Assembly: GCA_946965045.2 (NCBI GenBank)
Contig: OX337231.1
Location: 806,001-870,000, forward strand
Source of the DNA: Epithemia pelagica
Taxonomy: Eukaryota; Protista; Bacillariophyta
DNA length: 64,000 nucleotides
Direction: 5' to 3'
Position 1 is the stretch's first letter. Each line of letters begins with the position of its first letter. Below the pieces are notes generated by a model. The model ran no database searches. It was given only the letters and a program-made list of their open reading frames with translations, and had not been told where the DNA came from. Both the position numbers and the translations under genes were made by a program. This document shows positions 29,229 to 41,017 of the stretch, piece by piece.

Positions 29229-30340
29229 GAATGGGACCAATTTATGATCCACCTCCGCAAACCTGCTGTTTTCCGTTTCCCGAAACGGTTCATCTCTTTC
29301 GAACCTTTTCGAACCATGTACACCAAGCATGAGATACTTAAAAGATTTTCATGAGAAATGGAATCCAAAGAGGTGCGAGGATTCCCTTCCCAATCGTTTC
29401 CCGAACGTCTCTCCGCTTGCGACCAGGGCACTCGTTCCCTTTGATTGTTGCTTGGTCGTTGGTCTGTCGTCCTAACTCCTGTCGTTGGAGATGGATCACC
29501 CGAGAAGGTTCTAGCACCATGATCACTTCCAGCATGTTTCTGTTGGTCCGTGTGTTTGGAGAGCGCGCTCTTGTGGATTTACCTGCACTTTGCGGGTTCC
29601 ACAACAGCGTCGCTTGGTGCATGGTCCAAGCACCATTCTTTGTCTCGTTTTCATTTCGTCTACCGTTCGTGCCGTCTCATTGTCATCCAATGGTCTCCAA
29701 AGAGGTCGAGCAAGGGCAAAGAGAGATCCAAGACGAGAACAAAGAAGAGGGACCGTCGTCGCAAACAGTGTTTTCTGGCACGCCATGGTCGAAGGTGGAT
29801 CATCAGTCTGTCCGTCGTGCGTTCGACAAGAATGACCACGACTGGCAGCACGAGTCCTCTTTGTGACACGCGCACGCCGACAGAAACTCTGGAGTCTGGA
29901 GCGCGCCGAGCCACACCAACGACTCGCGACTCCTAATCCCAACGCTCGCAATAATGGGCCTACAATACAATAGATACAACTACAATTTATACGACATAGA
30001 TGCAGCAGCGCATGTACAAACTGTGCATGCCCGTCGTCTGCCATGCTGAAGCAGCACGAACAAAGCGCGACAAACGAAGCAAGAGCAGCAAACAACACCC
30101 AAGCCCCAAACACCAAACACACAAGCTGGGGGTTCGTTGCGATTGGGGATCGTCTTGTTGTGTTGTATTATTGTGTTGTCATCTGCTAGGCAACCGATTC
30201 TAGACTTTTGTTTGGATTGCCGATTCTTTGGCCACTGCTGACCATTGTCGTCGGTCGGTCTACCGTGGAGCCATCCGAACGCATCCTTTTTTGAGTCATC
30301 ATCATCCTACTACTTTTTGAAATTTTGGGTCGTTTGGGTG

Positions 30341-33300
30341 ATGCAATCTCGGCCGCGTTTCAATCATGGCAATCAGGAACGAGGACGAATGGGCCGCATG
30401 TACGACGACAACCGGTTTCCAACGCCTTGTTCTGGAAAGCCGTCCGTTCGCCGGCGCCCGTATCCAACCTACCAGCCGCACCAGCCAAACAACCCTCGTC
30501 GCAGCGACCACCATCCCCACAACAACCATTTTCATCGCAACCACAACAATGGTCCTCGACGCCACCAACGATACGTTCACGAGTCTCTAGAAGCTCAACG
30601 AATAACAACCCGAGAGTCGCCTCAACCGGCGGCAAGTCGTCGGGGTCGTTGGGATGTACGGTCGAGCACCTCTGTTTCCGACCACCATCGTTCCAGGAAT
30701 CTTACGGTATCTTCCAACTACAAGAATGGGGGCAAGCCGACTGGTACAGATCCAAGTGTGTCGAGCAATGGTGGTAGCAGGAGACAATGGGAGGAGGAGG
30801 AAGCCAAACCATGTTCAATGGGTACCAGCAGCAGCCAGGAAGAGAAGAGTTGGGGGCATCAATCCGAACCCTCCTCCACCCTTTCCCCACCAGCACACGA
30901 AACAAGAAAGGACCAGTCCAGGGAACGCGGTCCCTTGCACACCAACACTACAGAAACAAATCATTGCAGTGACGCTCCAAACAGCAACCTCCACCAGGAC
31001 CAGCACTTTACCACTCCCTTCGTGTCGTCGTCCTCCTCAGTATCACCATCCTCCTCCTCCTCCTCGTCTCTCATGTTGGCCAAATTCAAAGGCCGGTCCA
31101 TGGCTATCAAAGGCCCCAGTCATTGTGACAGGAGCCACGCGGGGACTGCACGCAACCCCAATACGACTCTACCATCCAAAAAGACGGAGCTGGGAGACTC
31201 TTCCTGTACTAGTACTACTGGCTCTATCATCCATCCTCCGTGTCATGACGGTTCGAGGCATGCTCCTCCTCCTTCCATGACACAAGCCTTGTTGTCCACC
31301 ACCACAACAACAACAGTATCATCCTTGGAGAGTGTACTTCCAGTGGCCGTGTCGGCCACCAATTCCTTGGCCGAACTATCGGCTACCGATTCGAGTTTTG
31401 GACAAACCAGTCCCCTCTTGTCGTCGTCGTCCATGGTCGAAGTCTCCTTTGCCAATCGAGACTTGGAAGACGAAACAAGGAGGAGGACAGCAGCGACCAT
31501 AACCACAACAACAACCGCCAGTTTGGAGCCTCCGCAAGGAATCCGGGAGGATACGGACCAGGTCCATCCGCCAACGGTATCGTCGCAAGTGTCCGTGGCT
31601 AGTACTACGAGCAGCGCCAGCAAGAGTAGCCCCCGGACGACAAGGGAGGACACGAGGAGGGCCGAATCGAGTCGCGACAGAGCCGAAACCAGCTGCCGTG
31701 CTCGAGAAATCATGTCCACCAACCATTCGGATCCACCCCCGGAACAACCACCACAAGAAGAAGAAGAAGAAGAACCGCCTTCCAGAATACAAGGGCAACC
31801 ACGAGTGGAGCAACAACAACAACAACGACGACCAGAAAAGCAGTATCCAGGCGAGGCCGGCCCAGTGGTCCACCAAACCAACCACCACAACAACACAGTT
31901 GGGAGCCGGCAATCACCACCCAACAACACCAAGAAAGGTGACAAGCCGCAAAAGACTTCTTCCAAAAAGCAAGTGGACGAACAACAACAACGACACAATG
32001 AGGAGGAGGAGAAGGAAAAAGAAGACGATCCAGAAGAGGAAACCTCTGGTCATTCCAAAGACGAATATGCCCATCTTCCCAAGGGCGACCGGGCGTTGGT
32101 TCAAGTCGGAACTCGCGTGGCCGTCTATTGGCGTGGCGATGATTTGTACTTTACCGGCGTCGTGCAAAAGACACGGCCCCACAAAAAGAAATGCTTTTAT
32201 GTGGTGTACGACGATGGTGATACAGAATGGTTGAGTTTTGCCAAAATTCCCTTTGTCATTTTAAGTGGAGGCCTTGCCGTTGTCAATGAATCGACCAACG
32301 ACACACGGGAGGATGAACCAATGATTATGGAACCAAAGGGCGACCAGGACCCGAATGGTATCGAGTCTCCGGAAACGGACAAGGACGAAACTCTGGTGGC
32401 CGCGACAGCCTCCCCGGATTATTCACGGACGGACATGGCTGCGCCTGTGACCGATCGTGAAGCAATCGGTGAATCCAACCAACCAAAAGAAAAAGGACAA
32501 GAAGAAGAAGAAGAACACCAAGAGCCGCAAGAAAAAGAAGAACTACTAGGTCCCTCATGCATCAGCGACACACAGGCACCAGAGGCTCAATCTACATCCT
32601 CCTTATCCGCACCAGGAAGTGTAGCAAATGCGGGGACTGTGACCGGTGAGTCCCTATCCACTATCAAAAAGAAGAAGAAGAAAAAGAAAAAAATGAAAAT
32701 GTATAGTCATTTGGATTGGGTCAATGATGACAATTGGGTATTGGGGGCAATCAAGCATAAAGCAAGCAAAACGCCCAGTAGCAGTCCTACTCCAAAGAGT
32801 GAAATAGTGATTTCAAGCAGCTCGATGATCCGAGATACATCTGCTAGAAAACAGGACAGAGGTAAAGAACAAGAGGGGAATCTCGCTATCGACACCATGA
32901 TGGAAAGCAAACCCAAAACCGACAAAGCTTCTTCCGAGAAGCTTCCTAAGGAACTTGGTGACGAGACAGTCGAAGAGTCTTCCTTTCCCTTGTGGGCCCT
33001 AGAATTGGGGGATGTTCATATACCCATTTCGGAAAAAGTGAAATTGGGCCGAAGACGAAGTCGGCCTGTCGAGACTGGTCCGGCACTGTCGTCTTCGATT
33101 GACAACAAAAAGGCCCCATCGCAGGTGGATACTTCCATTGACAAACCAAAGAAAGAACACACTGGCAAACGACCTGTCGAACTCGACAGCAGCCCCTCAC
33201 GTCCCAAGAAACAATGCAAAATTCGAAAGGAATCTTGTCCCTCTTCCATAAAATCTGAGGGAAAGGTCTCCAAAGCAGACTGCAAATCAAAAGTATTGTC

Positions 33301-34300
33301 AACAAAATCCGAGCCGAAAAGGGAAAAGGTCTCCAAAGCAGACAGCAAATCAAAGGTTTTCTCGTCGCTATCAGCATCTGCAGATGGAAAGCGCAATGCC
33401 GAGGATTCTAGTAGTCCTCGCCTGGGAAAGAAACAAAAATTGCTGCAAAAGAAAGGTTCACCTGAGTCAATGAATTCCACTATGATACAAAAGCCTTGTG
33501 ACAAGCACGGTTTGGAAATCGGAATATCAATGGAAATCCCATCCAGCGAAGTCGACTCTGCCGAAGCCAAACGTCGCAAAGAAGAGGCTCGCACCCTTTC
33601 TCCTGACGAAGTCCGAGCAATATTGGGGGAGGACTTTCCATGCTCTGGTTCGTCCAATTGGGTGCGGCGATCGGCACGAATGCCTTCACGAGCCGCTTTA
33701 ATGTCGCCCAATACACAAGTTCTTCTCCACAAGCTCTCCACGAACGATGAAGACATGGTCGTTTTGAAAATGAAGAAGTACGTGAGTGATCCGGCGACTC
33801 CATCTGTTGTGATTGATGCCGTCTTGGATGCTCTGGAAGAGAACGAAAATTGCGAATCCTTGTACATTCAAAACTACAATGAAGGGATGAAGGACGATCA
33901 AGTACTACGTCTATTAGCAATACTCAAGAGACCCTCCTGCAAGATATGGTGCTTGAACATTGGGGAGACGTATAAAGTGAAACGAAAGACCTGGAAAAAG
34001 TTTGCGCGAGGTCTTCGTCACACCAAGGTTACGCACATGTACGCGTCGGAACATACCATCTCGGCTGAATTAAAGGAATACATCCGCGCAACCATTCGTG
34101 ATAATCGCAAAAAACATAACATGCATGTGGATCCCAATAACTTGGATACAATCGTGAAATGCACTCACTGTTGGTGGAATCCAATCAACGCCAAGGTTTT
34201 GCGACCGTACTTGCATGCCAAGGGATACGCACACATTCTGGATGATAAGGAGGCACAAGGAGCCCGGGGAACCATGTCAGCCGAACAAGAACTTGTATAA
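30341..34300 (+). CDS. Large disordered protein with a Tudor-like domain and a C-terminal RNI/tropomodulin-like LRR domain
   Basis: Tudor-like segment VGTRVAVYWRGDDLYFTGVV...YVVYDDGDTEWL; Lys-rich NLS-like runs; C-terminal LRR-like segments (CESLYIQN, IWCLNIGE, THMYASE). First ATG in the frame is 30341. Confidence 0.7.
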   Translation: MQSRPRFNHGNQERGRMGRMYDDNRFPTPCSGKPSVRRRPYPTYQPHQPNNPRRSDHHPHNNHFHRNHNNGPRRHQRYVHESLEAQRITTRESPQPAASRRGRWDVRSSTSVSDHHRSRNLTVSSNYKNGGKPTGTDPSVSSNGGSRRQWEEEEAKPCSMGTSSSQEEKSWGHQSEPSSTLSPPAHETRKDQSRERGPLHTNTTETNHCSDAPNSNLHQDQHFTTPFVSSSSSVSPSSSSSSSLMLAKFKGRSMAIKGPSHCDRSHAGTARNPNTTLPSKKTELGDSSCTSTTGSIIHPPCHDGSRHAPPPSMTQALLSTTTTTTVSSLESVLPVAVSATNSLAELSATDSSFGQTSPLLSSSSMVEVSFANRDLEDETRRRTAATITTTTTASLEPPQGIREDTDQVHPPTVSSQVSVASTTSSASKSSPRTTREDTRRAESSRDRAETSCRAREIMSTNHSDPPPEQPPQEEEEEEPPSRIQGQPRVEQQQQQRRPEKQYPGEAGPVVHQTNHHNNTVGSRQSPPNNTKKGDKPQKTSSKKQVDEQQQRHNEEEEKEKEDDPEEETSGHSKDEYAHLPKGDRALVQVGTRVAVYWRGDDLYFTGVVQKTRPHKKKCFYVVYDDGDTEWLSFAKIPFVILSGGLAVVNESTNDTREDEPMIMEPKGDQDPNGIESPETDKDETLVAATASPDYSRTDMAAPVTDREAIGESNQPKEKGQEEEEEHQEPQEKEELLGPSCISDTQAPEAQSTSSLSAPGSVANAGTVTGESLSTIKKKKKKKKKMKMYSHLDWVNDDNWVLGAIKHKASKTPSSSPTPKSEIVISSSSMIRDTSARKQDRGKEQEGNLAIDTMMESKPKTDKASSEKLPKELGDETVEESSFPLWALELGDVHIPISEKVKLGRRRSRPVETGPALSSSIDNKKAPSQVDTSIDKPKKEHTGKRPVELDSSPSRPKKQCKIRKESCPSSIKSEGKVSKADCKSKVLSTKSEPKREKVSKADSKSKVFSSLSASADGKRNAEDSSSPRLGKKQKLLQKKGSPESMNSTMIQKPCDKHGLEIGISMEIPSSEVDSAEAKRRKEEARTLSPDEVRAILGEDFPCSGSSNWVRRSARMPSRAALMSPNTQVLLHKLSTNDEDMVVLKMKKYVSDPATPSVVIDAVLDALEENENCESLYIQNYNEGMKDDQVLRLLAILKRPSCKIWCLNIGETYKVKRKTWKKFARGLRHTKVTHMYASEHTISAELKEYIRATIRDNRKKHNMHVDPNNLDTIVKCTHCWWNPINAKVLRPYLHAKGYAHILDDKEAQGARGTMSAEQELV

Positions 34301-34894
34301 GACTTGGTTTTGTGCAAGAGGGGGACATCGATATTTGAAGGGAAAAATAACTGAGATCATTCTGTACAATACGATATCATTGCACACCGTCCATATCTAA
34401 TCCGGCGGTACAACGGGGTTAGCAGGCTATCGCCACGAACTACACAAGCCACCACCAATGAAGGAGTCTAAAAATGTAAACATAGCTGTATGTGTATTAT
34501 TGTGAACCAAATACCTGTGAGCAATACCCTCGTTGTTTTTAAGTTGGTTCTCACACTAAAGCAAGAGACTACTGTCTCTTCGTAGAACAGACTGTGGAAC
34601 TGTTTCTCGTAGTAGTAATAAGGACGGGGTGGAACCATAGAAACTCCAAATTTTCTCCCCCCCAGAACAGCTATTTTACAGAATAGCGAAAACAGACCCC
34701 CCGCCGGGAAATTCTGGCAGAGGCAAGAACGCTTGCCACATTGCTGGCGTAACGGGAAACAAAAGTTTGGAATAGAAATTTGCAGACTCGGGTGATCGTG
34801 AGGAAAAGGAATACCGGTCAATTAACGTACAAAACAAGTAAACGGGGCTAGAAGGAAAAAATAACAAGGGAGGGGTGAAAAAATCGGCTAGTAT

Positions 34895-34908
34895 CACGTT
34901 CGACAAGG
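34895..34908 (+). repeat. Left TIR of the DNA transposon
   Basis: CACGTTCGACAAGG. Confidence 0.8.
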
Positions 34909-34964
34909 GGTACAGTAAACCCCGATTTTGTACTTTAGTACTATTTTCCACTTCTCTTGAAGTC

Positions 34965-35030
34965 TCATAACCTATTAGAACGTACCTCCAAGGTGCATCA
35001 TAACCTATTAGAACATGCCTCCAGCGTGCA
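34965..35030 (+). repeat. Subterminal 33-bp tandem repeat x2
   Basis: TCATAACCTATTAGAACGTACCTCCAAGGTGCA / TCATAACCTATTAGAACATGCCTCCAGCGTGCA (29/33 identical). Confidence 0.9.
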
Positions 35031-35206
35031 ACAACAACAGATGCAAAAGCAAAGCGGGTGATAAACTACTACGGATATGAACGAGCACAACAACAGACAT
35101 GTCAACAACGTGCACTGCTCACTACTACTACTACTTATTCCTGGCGGGTTGGTTCATTATTCAACAATCAAACAAGAATCATGAACGGCTGCCCCACCAC
35201 CTGTGA

Positions 35207-35877
35207 TTAGTTCTTCTTTTTGTTGTTGCGTCGCGTCGACCGACGAGCAAACAAAGGTGAGTCATCGCTATCATTGCTGTTGTTGTTGTTGTTCCATTTC
35301 TTCTTCTTCTTCTGTAACTCATCATCCTCTTCACGCTCATGTCGTGAATCAGGGCTCATCAAGTCGAAAGCCTTGAGAAGGCGCTCGTCTTGCATCATGG
35401 TGACATCCTGAGAAAATGAGTCCTTGGTGTACACAACACCATCGTCCGACGACTCGTCAGTTGAGGCTTCTTCTTCTCCTTCTCCTTCTCCTTCGTGAAT
35501 GGTACCAACCCCGTGGTCCGTACGTTCAGCATCCTTCATCTTGAAGGCAATGACGCTCAACGGGTCTTTGGATTGCATCGAACGGTGACGCTGGTCGAGG
35601 TAAACAAGCTTCCAGCAGTCACCGTCGATGCAAATGGTTCCTGGAACCGATACAACAAAAAGGTAAGTACGTGAAACAGCAGAGACAAGTGTACAACGTG
35701 TTTCTCACCTGTGAAGTTGTCCACAGAAAACGAAAAAGGCGACGAAGACGACGATGACGACACGACAATGCCATCAGTGGCAACACCATTGAGGACAGCA
35801 GTGGTGCCTGAAGCTTGGTCCTTCAGGATTGCCGTGAGGCAATATCCATCCGGTTGCTTCTGCTCATCTGCTTGCAT
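35207..35877 (-). CDS. Putative spliced cargo/accessory ORF inside the transposon (~200 aa, intron 35641-35708)
   Basis: A GTGAG...CAG intron joins ...SVDNFT G|TICIDGDCWKLVYLDQRH... in frame with an acidic C-terminal ORF. The 5' end is uncertain and no family is recognised. Confidence 0.4.
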
Positions 35878-36169
35878 GGTTTCCAAAAAGTGAAGAGATG
35901 CAACAATCAAACGAAGTGCTTCTCCACCACGTGTAGAAGAGCTTGCGTGCGCTTCCCGCCTTGTCCGCAACAAGACTGCACACGTGCTTGACCTGTGGGA
36001 ACGACGTTCCCACTTTTTGAATATCAACAATCATTCCACAATCGGGAATGATGAGAGAGCGAAGCACATGGTGATGCAAGATGCAACAATCAAACAGCGC
36101 AGGAGGCCACTCCATCGTCCGCGCCAGCAGCCAAGGACGAGGACGGCGACGGAACTAACACAACAAACA

Positions 36170-36410
36170 AACCTTGACGACGACGACAACAACCCAATCC
36201 ACGGACCACGGAGCTGACAGCAAACAACAACAACAACAAAACACGCCACGGCGACATCAACAAACAACAACAACAACAAAACACACCACGGCGACATCAA
36301 CAACACAATCCACGACGCTGACAGGAAACAACAACAACAACAACACCAACAACACAACCCGCGACAACAAGCGACGACAACAACGACGACGACAACACAA
36401 CCCGCGAACG
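36170..36410. repeat. CAA/CGA-rich low-complexity tract with short internal repeats (ACGCCACGGCGACATCAAC)
   Basis: Visible (CAA)n runs and a duplicated ACxCCACGGCGACATCAACAA unit at ~36243 and ~36284. Confidence 0.8.
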
Positions 36411-36932
36411 GAAAAGAACAGGACTGCTGGTGGCGGCAAAAACGACGCAACAACAATGAGATTGACTGGTGGAATGTTTGAGGTCGGAATAGTAGACCGT
36501 GATTCAGAGGATCACATGTGGACTCGGAGCCACAGTGCCGCTCTCTTTGTCGGCAAGACAAACTTTGGGCATGGCTTTCAAGTGTCTTACACCGGCGCCG
36601 ACAAAACGCTGGTCCATAAGACATTTCTGTCCCATGAAGTGTTGGCTTGGGATGTCTTTCGTGTCAGGAGTCAACGCAATGGACACGAGGGACTCGAGTT
36701 CTTCGCAGTCGTTCCATTGCCTTTGGGACATGAAGGAGACCGATGTCACGTTGGAGAAGAGTGTCGGGAGTGGATGCTTCGCTTCACCATCATGGGGCAC
36801 CATGAGTCTTTCAAGCTCCTTAAAACAGCGTGCCGTGACAGTGGTTTCCCGAAGCGGGGACTTGTACTAGAGAAAGCTTAGTCATTAACCAAAACCTTAC
36901 TTAGTATTCCTTACATGCGATTATGGTAGCTA

Positions 36933-37869
36933 TCATGATTCCGACTGAAGCAGCTTTTGGTGTCGTAGTTCATCAAGTCGGGGGTACTTCTCCTCTTGGA
37001 TAGCGAACATCGATAGAAGTGCCACCCGCTCAGAGTCACGCAAGGCCTTGTGCTTGTTGCCTTTGTAGGATTTGGGGGCTTCTTGATCACCCCCCTCACC
37101 ATTTCTCCTGTTCACGTTCCGTTGTACCGCTTTCGTGACCGCAACAAGCCTGTCTTGCACTGCGTCATTCTTTGTCATCACCTCCAACTGAGCTACAACT
37201 TGCCCCTTTGTTGAGTGGTTTAGAGACTTCATGCGGCTCTCCATCTGCGCCCCAGTCTGATGGGCGCGCTCGCCTTCATCTTCACCCAAATCACCGATTC
37301 CGCCGTACCGTTTCACTGCGTCAAGTGCATGGTCTTCCAAAATGTGCATCTTGGGTGAAATTGGGATGTCGAGTGCTCGCCATACCGAAGAAGCATGCTT
37401 CAAATGATGCTCTAAGTGGAGCACCTGTTGTGGCGTGATGTGATTCCGAGGCGTCTGCAAAATAGAAAAAGTGGCATCGAGATGCCCCATCAATCGTTCA
37501 TAGGCATCAATCACCCTTTTGATTGTTGCATTATCCACCCATTTCTGTTCGTCCGGGAGGTCCCGGACGTAGACCCAAATCTCTTCGAAGATAAACTTCC
37601 GATCAACCAACACTGTGCTGCAGGGGTTGCCTTGCAGAGCACCCCCATGAAACGCTGCCCTGTCAATTCCATGGGCACGCTCGATCCCTTCGAACTTGCG
37701 ATAGACAGGTTGTCCATGCTTTCGTGAGTTCTCAGGGACACTCTTCTCTTTGTCCCATTCTTGTTTTGCTTCTTTAACCAACTTTGCCCTTGCCTTCCGC
37801 TCACCATCCTTCTCCTTCAGGCTTTGTTTCAACAAAGCAATCTCAGCTGCAATGTGCTCATCCGGAACC

Positions 37870-37904
<35 letters not shown>

Positions 37905-40364
37905 TTCTTGTATCTGCCGCGTGATTTCCATCAGCTCGCTCACCACTTGTTCTTCTTCCTTTTTCCGTCTGAGCCATTCCGTTTCAAGATCGATCCAGGC
38001 TGCTGTGTAGATCTCACAGGCAGCCTGGAGATCACTGTACAAACAATCTAGAGCCTTGTTCACAACGCCCAACTTGATGTGGAGAACAGGCATTGACACA
38101 TGACACACATCCACGGCAGTAAGCAAAGGCACATTTTTTATTCCCTTTCGCAGGGCACCCTTTGCATTCTCATCGAGCGTTTTGTTGTATTCAAGCTGGG
38201 CCTTCATTGTCGCAAGCGACCACTTTGTGCCTCGAGCATGACTAAGTGGCTGCCATTCTGCCTTTGTCAGCTGACAAAAGGCACACCAGCAGCTAGACAT
38301 GCCTTCTCGCCCATAGTTGGTCATTATTTGGGCTAGGTCTCCTGCCAAGAACACTTCTACTGGGAGTCCTCCATAGAAGCGTGTGTCGCTAGGTTGGTCA
38401 GGACGTGACCCCGCAAGCCTTGAGTAGTACCACTCTTCATTTTCATTTAGTTGGGCTCGCTTCCACACGTCGATACCGCCTTTCTCTGTCAACTGACTTA
38501 GCGCACTGTCTAGTTTTGGCATGTAGGTGCTTTTCAGGATCTCGTAGGTGTCCTTCTTGCACCTAGCATCTGCTAGACTGTAGGAGTCTTTGTGTTCCGT
38601 CCACTTATTTGAGCTAGGGTCATGTTTCCGACAAATTAAGACCGCATGGGCACGAGAGAAGCCTTTCCCATGGTCGGCCGACACAACCATATCAATAGAG
38701 GTCCAATGCTGTCGAGTGTCAGCTCGATTAAACACAGTATCGCAAAAGTAAAGCAATACCTGTGTCGCATCTCGCACACTCCATTCGATTGACTCGTTGT
38801 TTAATTGTAGCGTATTGCATTCCGGTGCCACAGCCTTCTTAGATACTAGGACTTTCTTTAGCTCATCAGGTGAGCTAACCAGGGGACATCCGAACCAGTA
38901 CTTGAGGTGACGTGCAATCAGTCTTGCCTGCGAGTAGTTTATGTTTGCGTCCGACCACATGGCAAACGTTGCAACCGGGTCCATTGCAACGCACGCAAAC
39001 TTTTGTTGTTTCACTGCCTCCTTGACCCCATTCGGAAATCTCTTGCCGAGATGGGCAATGAGATTCTTTGCCGTATACTCCATGTCGGTCAGCTCCTCTT
39101 CTTGCCCCTCCTCTAACTGATCCTCCTCTAGCTCATCTACCTCGTCATTTCGCACATCTGTACTCGGCTTCAACACCTTCCGCGGCCTGTCGTTTTGTTT
39201 CCCGAGTGCTTCCAAGACTTGATCAATCCACTTGAAGTGTCTGTCTTGCTCATGGAAGCTTTTCAAATTGGTAGATTTTGGTATCCGAACCAAAGATACC
39301 ATCCTACCGTTAGACATCCGGGTCGTGAGCACATCGTGCTTTCTTCGCTTGTCAGATAGAGTGACAAGGTCTCGCACAAGATCACTAACCACGCGTTTGT
39401 TTGTTGTGTCAATTCCATAGGCATGCAACGTAGGTGTGCTCAATTTTTGATTGGGGGTCATAAAACTTTGAACCCCCAACATTTCGCCTCTTTCTCTCTC
39501 GTTGTGTTCATACAGTACTTTCATGACGGAGGCGAGGGCACCAGCAAGATCTTGCTCCTCAAAAGATTCGGATTCCAAAAAGTATTCTTCCATCACATCG
39601 AAGAACTCCGGCTTGAAGACTTTCGGAAACAAATGGCAAATCAGCTGTTGCTTGATGAGTTGATTCCGGCTCACGTGCTGCTTGTTGTTGTTCTGGTTGG
39701 TAGCAGGAGTGGTGATCTTTGAATTGTTCTCCATTCTCATCGCTCGTTTTCTTTCATTCTCCAATGTCTCACTGGAGAGAGAAACTCGCTTTTGCGTCCT
39801 CTTGTCATCAGCAGCTGCTCCTCTTGGCCTCTTCAGGATGCTACTTCTGCGCCGCCTTGGAGATGGGGTTTTCATCAGCGTTGTTGGATTCGTAGTCGTC
39901 CCCGTAGAACTGTCACCAGCTTGTTTTGTTGTTGCATTCAGAAGCAGCTTTTTTGTTTGTACTGCAATGGATTTGGTATTTTGAATCGATGGCTTGGTGA
40001 AATTTCGGAAGACATAAAGCGGACTTGCACTCGTTTTGTCGCAACCCACTTCAAGGAAATGTCGCCGTTGCTCATTTCCATACCTGCTTTTCGTGAGCGC
40101 TGTGATGTCTCGTAGGTGAAACCAGTCTAGGAAGGTTTCAATTTTCCTCTCTTGAACTCTCCACGACGAGGATGTTGATTCGTTCGTTGTTGCCACTCGT
40201 GACACCCATCCGACAACACTCAATAGGCACATTAGGGACTCCGTAGAGATCCCAAGTAGATTAGCGAGACTGTTCTCATCGCTTTCACCTACATTTATGC
40301 CATACCACCATGGCCTATTGGCCGAACCAATTTCACGGATCAACTTTGCGAGTGCTTCGTCCAT
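36933..40364 (-). CDS. DDE transposase of the RAG1/Transib/Chapaev type (1143 aa) with a poly-Q insert
   Basis: Ordered motifs SADHGKG (D), LAGDLA (D), SCWCAFC (CxxC), PVLHIKLG, LQGN, PKMHILEDH (HxxxxH) and GEDEGERAHQ (E); Q11 at 37869-37901. Confidence 0.8.
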
Positions 40365-40675
40365 GACGATCCAAGTTGTTGGAGGCTACTACTCCAGCGG
40401 AAGATGGCAAAAATAGTGCAATCGCGAACACTTTCTAGGGTATTATGGACAACTATCATCTGAATGAAGCTGTGCAATATGTTCGCGATTGGAGAACTAC
40501 ATCCCGCGGTATCATCATCGTTGATGCGCAAATCACGAGTTCTGCACTTCAAAAAATGGAACGAGATACGATACACACATGGGCACGTGTGGAGGGTCGG
40601 CCGGCGAAGACCTACAACCTGGAGACCAAGACCAAGTGAATACTGTAGGCATAATATTACAATACAAAATCGGCT

Positions 40676-40689
40676 CCTTGTCGAACGTG
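40676..40689 (-). repeat. Right TIR of the DNA transposon
   Basis: CCTTGTCGAACGTG, the exact reverse complement of the left TIR. Confidence 0.8.
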
Positions 40690-41017
40690 GGTGATTGCGA
40701 ATGAGGAATTGAGGTCTGGAATCTGAATGGAGACTTGAAGAATCTCTTATTTCTTGTTAGTTTTCCTTAAAAGACGACACCGCAGATCTTCATTCGGCAG
40801 CATTCTTTCATCCGAACAGAACGAAGAACGATGTCTCAAATCTCAAGTCAAGTTATAGAAATAAGAAGAGCAATAAATAAACCGAACTGGAGACTTTTGT
40901 CCCGCATGTCGCAAGTCGCAAAGCGGTTTTGACGTCCTTTCCGAACACGTAGGTCCCGTTGGTTGGCGATTGGGGAGGGTCATACTATCCCAATCATCCA
41001 AAGTATTAGAATCTCAG

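Larger units (their letters stand above)
34895..40689 (-). mobile_element. CMC-superfamily (Chapaev/Transib/RAG1-like) DNA transposon, 5795 bp
   Basis: Perfect 14-bp TIRs CACGTTCGACAAGG (34895-34908) and its reverse complement (40676-40689), each followed inward by CCGATTTTGTA, enclosing a 1143-aa transposase. No TSD visible. Confidence 0.8.

Noticed and set aside
29351-30203. Several 80-200 aa overlapping ORFs
   Set aside because: Intergenic region between divergent genes; the ORFs are on both strands with no motifs or coding-like composition.
31243-31998. Antisense ORFs rich in Cys/Leu/Val (also 36031-36624 and similar)
   Set aside because: Shadow frames of CAA/GAA-rich sense sequence or microsatellite tracts.
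34722-34747. Helitron 3' end (GGCAAG-AACG-CTTGCC hairpin then CTGG)
   Set aside because: The following base is not T, there is no Rep/helicase gene, and such short hairpins arise by chance.
35663-35727. Plus-strand intron (GTAAGT...CAG) implying a plus-strand gene
   Set aside because: The plus-strand translation looks like the antisense of an acidic protein, and the minus-strand model joins two ORFs in frame. It cannot be fully excluded without RNA data.
35207-36880. RAG2-like partner gene (ProtoRAG arrangement)
   Set aside because: Tandem rather than tail-to-tail orientation, and no kelch-repeat or PHD signature.
40445-40639. 64-aa ORF divergent from the transposase inside the right end
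   Set aside because: Short, no motifs, and lies in the presumed promoter or subterminal region.
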